64,000 bases of DNA from IMG/VR virus record IMGVR_UViG_3300027705_000005, positions 36,536 through 100,535 of that record; one strand, given 5' to 3'. Origin of the DNA: a virus (taxonomy: Duplodnaviria > Caudoviricetes). Under the pieces are notes generated by a model, which saw only the letters and a program-made list of their open reading frames with translations, did no database searches and was not told the DNA's origin. The number at the start of each line of letters is the position of its first letter. Within the stretch, counting starts at the first letter, position 1. Positions 57,539-64,000 of the stretch are shown one piece after another. The translations under genes and the position numbers were made by a program.

Positions 57539-60500
57539 TTATGAGTTTATCTCTACAAAACTAGTTACAACTCTACCTGATAGTGTAGTATCTGCATAAC
57601 CAGCTCCACAAGTATCTACATTTCCTAATTCTGCAATTGCTGTTAATTTAAAGCAATAAGGAGCATTATTAAGTTTTAATACTGTTCCTACAGCTGTTAA
57701 AAACATTGAGTTATAAGGAGCTGGCATTGTAGCAAGTCTTAAATTAGCTTGTGTAGCAACATCTGCTAAAGTAGCAAGTATAGTTCTTCCTGCATCTGGT
57801 CCACCAAACACTGTATCTGCAACTATCTGTGCAGCACAACCAGAAGTATTTTTAATGAAATATTCTTGTGTACCATTATAAACAGATCCTGGTGCATAAC
57901 AAGGCATTGTATTAAATGCTCCAGCTGAGTTATTACTCCATATGTTAGCTTTCCTTAAAGTTGGGAAAGAAGGACATCCTGGATTAACACAACCAGTTAT
58001 ATATTCAGTGATTGTTAAATCTGTAAGTAAAGCAAATTCTTTAGATGCATATGATACAATTGGTTGATTCACATCAACTGAATTATATGGTGTGCTTCCA
58101 CAGCATGTACCAGAAGTTAATGTTAATACTAATGTATCTACAGCTGAAGTACAAGGTCCAGCTCCATCATTATCATTAACTGTTAGAGTTAATGTAACAG
58201 AACCAGCAGTAACATCTGAAACAGATGGTGTATATGTAGTAGCTGCAAGTAAAGGATTAGCAAAACTACCTGAACCTGAAGTAGTCCATATTAAACCATT
58301 GGTATCAAATGACACAACACCATTTAAACTAACTGGAGTAATACCATTTGATGTTTGATCTATCCCAGCATTTGCGGTAGGTTGAGTACTACATCCACAA
58401 AACTGTTTAATTATTTGCTTCTGTGTTTCAAAAGGACAACCAAATTCATTTATTCCTGTAGCTTTTACAATTAATCCACTTGTAACATCAGCCATAGTTA
58501 ATGTTATTGCTGGAGTTACAGTTGGGAAAGTTAATCCACCAGAATAGCTTCCTGGATTTATTAATTCCCAAGTCAATTGTCCAGAAGGAAAAACAAAACT
58601 TGAAATTAATGTTAACTGTGTAACACTATTGCAAACAATTAATGTATCTCCAGTATCTGTTATTCCACCTGAGTTAGCTGATATAATTCCAAATGATGTA
58701 GGATTATTTACTTGTACTGTTAATGTGTTAGATAATACTATACAACCTTCAGCATCTGTAATCTCCAAGAAATAATCTCCTGTTTGAGCAGGAATATAAC
58801 CAGGTGTTGTTCCAGTAGTCCAAACTCCAGGGAAAGCTACTTGTTTCCATTTATATTGATATGGAGCTACTCCACCAACTATTACAGCTGATAAAGTCAT
58901 AGATCCTCCAAGACAAACAGAAGAAGGTGAAGCACTAATTGTTACTAATATATCACAACCACATCCATCAACAATTATTGTTTCAGTAAGTGTACATGCT
59001 CCTGTACCATAAGTTACAACAATAGATCCTATTCCAGAAGATACAGACAATGTATTAGTAGGAGATCCACCATTATACACTACATTCTGATTAAATATAA
59101 ATGTTCTTGTTGAAGATGTTCCATTACAATCATCTGTCCAAGTTAATTCTCCAGGTCCAGGAGTAAGTGTAATATTAACAGTTGATGTCTGAGTAGTATT
59201 AGTACAAGTTCCTAAACTAACATCATCTAAATAATAAGATGTATTAGCTGTAGGATTGACTATTAATGTAGAAGGCAAACTAACTTGTTGTAAAAGAACT
59301 CCATTTTGATATAAATTAGCTGTTGCACCATTAGGTCCTCCAAAAGTTAATGTTACTTCTTCTCCACTACAGATAGTATTATCACTAACTGATATTGTAC
59401 CAACTGGCTGACTTATATTTGTTGCAGTTACAGTAGTATTAATAGTTGCTATACAACCATTTAATGCTACAGAAACTAATTTTACTGTCTTGGTAGCAGT
59501 TGTATTTATTACAAATGGACTTCCAAGAACTTTAGTCTTATTCACCCCATCTTCCACATATGTAACTGTTGCACCTTGTGTACCAGTAATTGTTATTTGT
59601 CCTGTTTGACCAGTACAAAAATCACCAGCTGTTATAGATGCTTCTGGATTAATATCACAATTACATTCATTATATGTTTTTTTAGTTTTACAACCATCAG
59701 AGAATATAAATGTAATTTCAGTAGATAATCCTTTAGTTAAATATAAAGTAAACACCCCTCCCACTAAAGTAAATGAATTAGCTCCAGTTACATTTTGTAT
59801 TGTAAATCCACCTTGATTAGCATTAACCTTAACAGTATATTCATTACCTATTAAAGAACAATCAATTGTATCAACAATAGTTCTAGGAGTAAGAGGATTA
59901 ATAGGAATTTTAATATTACATTTATTCCCATGATTCATTCTTATTTCAGCAGTCTTAATCTCTTCATCATTTAATGTAAAGAAGAAGTTATTACTAAACA
60001 TTGGTTCAGTAGTGTATCTGTCATTACCACTAGCTGATGTATCATATACAACCATTCCTCCAACTTGAGCATTATGCACAAAGGATTTGAATAGTTTACC
60101 ATTTATCCATAATTGGTAAATAGTTTGAACTGCATCAGGAATAGTGTATCCTGCTTTTTGATGAGGTCTAATATCCTGATTAACATCACATGGAACAAAA
60201 GGACCTGAAAGCTTAATACCTGTATGACAAGCATTTAATGTAGAACCTATTGTTTTAGGATTACAGAAATAAACATCATCTAAACCTGCATCTTCTACAC
60301 AACCACAATCTGTTTTAACTAACCAATTATATCCAGACCATAATTCTCCTTCCTGTCCAACTAATGGATATTTGCCTTTAGGATTTATTTGATCTAATCC
60401 AAATAAAGTATCAGTATATTTACCTCCTTGTTGTGGAACATATAAACTTCTGAATTTATCAGCTGCATCAAATGCTTGATCTTTAGATTTATACCAAGTT

Positions 60501-62419
60501 AATCTTGGATCTCTTGTGTTAGACGATGTTATTGTTGTTATTTTACTTTTAGGAGTAATATAATCAGCATTATATGCTGTTGTTCCTTCTATTTTATATA
60601 CAGCTATATCTTTAGGTGCTTTATATATACAACCATTAGCAAAAACTAAATCTGAAGTTTGTTTAAATGAAATTTCAAATCCTGTTACAATATCAGTTGT
60701 TTGAGCATTTGAAGATCCAGACAATATATCTCCAATATATCCTAAATTATATGGAATACCATAGTTAAACATAGTCCAATCTTTACCAGCCATATTAACT
60801 GTAGATGTCCATTTTGTTTCACCATTACTAATAAATGTACCAGTTGTTGTATTTACAGTTTTATGCTTTCTTATAAGAATACTTTGAATATTTCCAGACA
60901 ATGGTAAATCATTGTCTGATATATTTGGATTCGTTATATCACCAAGTTTTGGAGAATCAGGCTTATTACCTTTTCTAAGTTCTAATTCTATCTCACCTAT
61001 CGCATATATTTTTTTAATAGTATATATAGATAATACAGGACAAGCACAACCTTCTTTTAAAGTAAGTTCTGCTTTAAGATCACAAGAATCATCTATTTTT
61101 TTAAGTGTAAGAGTATCTTTACAGTCATTATCTGGATCATCTCCACAAGTACCTGAAATACACTTACAACCTGGATGATTAGCACAATCATCACAAGAAT
61201 AATTAGAACAATCTTTACATATACCTTTATCACAAGTACAACCTTGTTGACAATTAGCTGATGTTACACAAGGTTTATCATTACATCCTTCTGATTTAGA
61301 ACATGTATTTCCATTACATTTACATCCTAGTATTTGAGAACATAAACTTGGATTAGTAGCACAGTTAACTGAATTACATGGAACACACTCTCCATTTAAA
61401 CATCCACAACCTGGACCACAATCTCCACCATTTACACAAGTTCCAACACAAGGTTTAGGTTTACAAGTACCATTATCACAATAGCAACCTGGTCCACAAT
61501 CTGTATTTAAAGCACAAGGTCCTGAACATGGAGAACAGTAACATTTACCACCAGAAGTAGGAATACAAGCATTAGCTGTATTACAAGTAGGATTATTACA
61601 ATCACATTCTGGTACACAACTATCTCCTACACAAATATACCCATCAGGACATACTCTAGGAACACATTGACCATTAACACAGTCCATACATTCAGGACAA
61701 GGAGTGTTAGGATCACATGGTGGTTTAGGATCACAATTACCTGTTATTGGATTATATACTGCTGAATCTTTACAACATAAACATTGTCCATCATAACAGC
61801 ATTGATTAGGTCCACAATCTCCATTACCATTACATCCAATACAATCACATGTATTTGGATCTACTACTCCTGAAGCACATATTTTTTGTGCCCAAGATCC
61901 ACCTAAACAAATTAAACATGGATTGTTAGGATTAATATCTCCTACTATACAATCTACACATTTACCTGTTACTGGATCATATTTACCTTGTGGACATTGA
62001 CATTCTCCTTGAATACATATTTGATCTCCAGGACAAGGTACTTCATCATTACATTGTACACAATCTCCTGTAATAGGATCACATGTATCACATAAAGGAA
62101 TACATTCTCCATTAATACAAACATGACATGGAGGACAATCATTTGGTCCTGTACAAAAACACAATGTCTTATCTATGATAGGACAATTGGTACAACCTGG
62201 ACATTCTATTGAATATCTTACACATGGATTACAATTCTCCATGTCATCATCAATAGAAAATTCTACTCCATTTTTTAATGTTTTTCCATCAACTACCTTA
62301 TCTGGTAAATGACAAACAAGTGTAACACAAGGACTTAATATTTCCCATCTTACAATAGCATTACTGCATGGCAATCCATCCTTTAATATTTCTCCTAAAT
62401 AGTACTTTATAGTCCTCAT
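57539..62419 (-). CDS. Large Cys-rich, Ig/PKD-repeat structural protein (fibre or decoration candidate)
   Basis: ~350 aa of CxxxxxCxxGxC-type repeats; later ISVSDNTICSGEEVTLT, PTANAGIDQT, WTTSGSGSF...TYTP Ig-like repeats. Confidence 0.7.
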   Translation of the reverse strand: MRTIKYYLGEILKDGLPCSNAIVRWEILSPCVTLVCHLPDKVVDGKTLKNGVEFSIDDDMENCNPCVRYSIECPGCTNCPIIDKTLCFCTGPNDCPPCHVCINGECIPLCDTCDPITGDCVQCNDEVPCPGDQICIQGECQCPQGKYDPVTGKCVDCIVGDINPNNPCLICLGGSWAQKICASGVVDPNTCDCIGCNGNGDCGPNQCCYDGQCLCCKDSAVYNPITGNCDPKPPCDPNTPCPECMDCVNGQCVPRVCPDGYICVGDSCVPECDCNNPTCNTANACIPTSGGKCYCSPCSGPCALNTDCGPGCYCDNGTCKPKPCVGTCVNGGDCGPGCGCLNGECVPCNSVNCATNPSLCSQILGCKCNGNTCSKSEGCNDKPCVTSANCQQGCTCDKGICKDCSNYSCDDCANHPGCKCISGTCGDDPDNDCKDTLTLKKIDDSCDLKAELTLKEGCACPVLSIYTIKKIYAIGEIELELRKGNKPDSPKLGDITNPNISDNDLPLSGNIQSILIRKHKTVNTTTGTFISNGETKWTSTVNMAGKDWTMFNYGIPYNLGYIGDILSGSSNAQTTDIVTGFEISFKQTSDLVFANGCIYKAPKDIAVYKIEGTTAYNADYITPKSKITTITSSNTRDPRLTWYKSKDQAFDAADKFRSLYVPQQGGKYTDTLFGLDQINPKGKYPLVGQEGELWSGYNWLVKTDCGCVEDAGLDDVYFCNPKTIGSTLNACHTGIKLSGPFVPCDVNQDIRPHQKAGYTIPDAVQTIYQLWINGKLFKSFVHNAQVGGMVVYDTSASGNDRYTTEPMFSNNFFFTLNDEEIKTAEIRMNHGNKCNIKIPINPLTPRTIVDTIDCSLIGNEYTVKVNANQGGFTIQNVTGANSFTLVGGVFTLYLTKGLSTEITFIFSDGCKTKKTYNECNCDINPEASITAGDFCTGQTGQITITGTQGATVTYVEDGVNKTKVLGSPFVINTTATKTVKLVSVALNGCIATINTTVTATNISQPVGTISVSDNTICSGEEVTLTFGGPNGATANLYQNGVLLQQVSLPSTLIVNPTANTSYYLDDVSLGTCTNTTQTSTVNITLTPGPGELTWTDDCNGTSSTRTFIFNQNVVYNGGSPTNTLSVSSGIGSIVVTYGTGACTLTETIIVDGCGCDILVTISASPSSVCLGGSMTLSAVIVGGVAPYQYKWKQVAFPGVWTTGTTPGYIPAQTGDYFLEITDAEGCIVLSNTLTVQVNNPTSFGIISANSGGITDTGDTLIVCNSVTQLTLISSFVFPSGQLTWELINPGSYSGGLTFPTVTPAITLTMADVTSGLIVKATGINEFGCPFETQKQIIKQFCGCSTQPTANAGIDQTSNGITPVSLNGVVSFDTNGLIWTTSGSGSFANPLLAATTYTPSVSDVTAGSVTLTLTVNDNDGAGPCTSAVDTLVLTLTSGTCCGSTPYNSVDVNQPIVSYASKEFALLTDLTITEYITGCVNPGCPSFPTLRKANIWSNNSAGAFNTMPCYAPGSVYNGTQEYFIKNTSGCAAQIVADTVFGGPDAGRTILATLADVATQANLRLATMPAPYNSMFLTAVGTVLKLNNAPYCFKLTAIAELGNVDTCGAGYADTTLSGRVVTSFVEINS

Positions 62420-62423
62420 TAAA

Positions 62424-63146
62424 TTATATTAAATTTATTTCTTTTAAATCATTTATTAGTTCCTCTTGTAATGTTGGATTAAACTTCAAATCACAAACAG
62501 GATAGTTATTATTATTTACTGTCAAGATGCATTTATCTGACTCAATTTTTGGTTCAATAATCATATTACAACCAATTATCTCTTTGATTAGTTCATGTGT
62601 TAAATTACATTGTCTAAGTTCTGAGTATGTATCAAATGTTATATTACATTGAGTTAAACTATCATAGTCTATTCTACTTCCTTCAACTGTTAGTTTATAA
62701 TCAGAAGGTAATTTATATTCCCATTCTGGTAAAGCTGCATGTTCTGGATCAGATAATGCCCAAGCATCATAATTAGAATTATCTATAACTAAAGAAGGTT
62801 CAGAATCTAAAACACATAATGAAATCTGATCTTTAATAGTTTCTATTATCTTATTTAATTCTGCTTTTTTAAGATCTACCTTACCACCATTATTAACTTT
62901 CTCTTTATATCTTTTAAGAAATCTTATATATACATTATTAATTAATGGTATATCCATAGTGAAACAAGACTTAAAATCATACTTAATAGTATCCATCCAT
63001 CCATTAGCATTAATAAGAATATGATACTCTAATTGATCAATTAAAATATCTATTTCTTCTAATGAAAAAACATAACAGTTGGAGCAAAATTCTTTACAGC
63101 AATCTCCACAGTTTCTAGCATGTATTAATTTATTTCTATAATACAT
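62424..63146 (-). CDS. Hypothetical Cys-containing virion-region protein
   Basis: CGDCCKEFCSNC N-terminus; repeated CNI/CNL/CNM/CDL units. Confidence 0.6.
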   Translation of the reverse strand: MYYRNKLIHARNCGDCCKEFCSNCYVFSLEEIDILIDQLEYHILINANGWMDTIKYDFKSCFTMDIPLINNVYIRFLKRYKEKVNNGGKVDLKKAELNKIIETIKDQISLCVLDSEPSLVIDNSNYDAWALSDPEHAALPEWEYKLPSDYKLTVEGSRIDYDSLTQCNITFDTYSELRQCNLTHELIKEIIGCNMIIEPKIESDKCILTVNNNNYPVCDLKFNPTLQEELINDLKEINLI

Positions 63147-64000
63147 TATGTTAATAATTCTTCTGGTATTTCAACATTCTTCCAACTTCTTCTTTTTATT
63201 AAATCAGATATAGTACCTGGATGTACACCAAAATATTCACTAATTTCAACAAATGAATAACCTTCTTTTTTTAATTCAAAAGCTTTAATAACTTTATCTT
63301 TATTCATTATATTAAATTGATTTCTTTTTTGTTTATAATTAATAAGTTCTTCTGGAATTATTACATTTTTCCAAGTTATTCTATTTAAAATAGATTCAAT
63401 AGTAACTCTATTAACTTTATATTTTTTAGATATGTCAGAAATTTTTATATCATTCTTATATAATTTAAAAATTTCAATAATATTTTCATTTTTTATAGTA
63501 CATGTTGTATTAATATGATTTAAATACATTTCTGGTATTTCTATATGTCTCCAAGATTTTCTTTGCAATACAATTTTTATAGCAACCCTTGATATATTAT
63601 ATATTTTTGCTATTTTTCTATGACCTAATCCTTCTTTATTTAAAATAAAAATATTTAATATATCCTCATCCTTCAATTTAGATGCTCCTGAATTTTTTCC
63701 TTTAGGAGCATTCATTAGTCCCATATCATAAGCATGTTTAATATTCATTTGGGCAGTACACCACTCTAAATTAATTATATTATTATTTTTTTTATTACCA
63801 TCTATATGATTAACATAAGGATAATTATTTGGATTAGGTATAAATGCTAAAGCAATGAGTCTATGTATCTTAAAAGTTTTAAGTTTATTATTTTTTGAAA
63901 GTGAAATTTGTTTATATTCTTTATTGTTTTCACTAACAACCATTATTTTACCTTTTTTAAAAGACAACTTATTATTAATTGTTATAAATCTATCTAATGA
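63146..64000 (-). CDS. NUMOD4-HNH homing endonuclease with triple C-terminal HTH repeat (5'-truncated by window edge)
   Basis: IHRLIALAFIPNP...VNHIDGNKKNN...LEWCT..MN..HA; frame open to 64000 (SLDRFITINNKLSFKKGKI); three ...W..V.IPE repeats. Confidence 0.9.
   Translation of the reverse strand, partial: SLDRFITINNKLSFKKGKIMVVSENNKEYKQISLSKNNKLKTFKIHRLIALAFIPNPNNYPYVNHIDGNKKNNNIINLEWCTAQMNIKHAYDMGLMNAPKGKNSGASKLKDEDILNIFILNKEGLGHRKIAKIYNISRVAIKIVLQRKSWRHIEIPEMYLNHINTTCTIKNENIIEIFKLYKNDIKISDISKKYKVNRVTIESILNRITWKNVIIPEELINYKQKRNQFNIMNKDKVIKAFELKKEGYSFVEISEYFGVHPGTISDLIKRRSWKNVEIPEELLT

Larger units (their letters stand above)
1..64000. mobile_element. Segment of a crAss-like (Crassvirales-related) bacteriophage genome, probable Bacteroidota host
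   Basis: Giant RNAP with GSDFDVDK motif flanked by large cargo genes; ring, IHF-like and muzzle gene block; two convergent arms; A-rich starts without Shine-Dalgarno; TTG-N19-TAnnTTT promoter. Confidence 0.88.

Noticed and set aside
18434-61178. Short + strand ORFs within the - arm, and the nested 21301-21489 ORF
   Set aside because: Overlap long motif-bearing genes; typical antisense or alternate-frame artefacts
1-64000. Stop-codon reassignment, as known in some crAss-like phages
   Set aside because: The standard code gives near-complete coding density, including a 5498-aa ORF; TGA and TAA end genes at coupled junctions
1-64000. tRNA genes, CRISPR arrays, DGR or invertible repeats
   Set aside because: Few intergenic gaps are long enough; no cloverleaf, repeat-spacer array, reverse transcriptase or recombinase seen

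Overview
A very AT-rich, gene-dense 64-kb segment of a crAss-like (Crassvirales-related) phage that probably infects a Bacteroidota host. It has two convergent arms that meet at a bidirectional terminator (~16696-16730). The + arm (1-16691) holds small accessory genes: an RNA/tRNA repair set (RNA ligase, kinase plus phosphoesterase, CCA-type and two Pol-beta-type nucleotidyltransferases), MazG-fold pyrophosphatases, ThyX, a stand-alone class II aminoacyl-tRNA-synthetase-like catalytic domain, a SleB-type hydrolase and a mini kinase. The - arm (16752-64000) holds virion genes: a 1626-aa Cys-rich/Ig-like protein, ring and IHF-like proteins, a tail muzzle/stabilisation protein, cargo proteins, and a 5498-aa virion RNA polymerase (DFDVD) fused to an SF1 helicase and two zincin domains. 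Four free-standing homing endonucleases are present. The most striking observations are (1) an HNH cassette that appears to have split a nucleotidyltransferase gene and supplied a recoded replacement N-terminus, possibly repeated by a GIY-YIG cassette; (2) a modular, possibly polymorphic virion-cargo region downstream of the RNAP; (3) the minimal aaRS-like enzyme in a thyX/MazG operon; and (4) Cys-rich structural proteins. All calls come from reading motifs by eye; no database searches were run.
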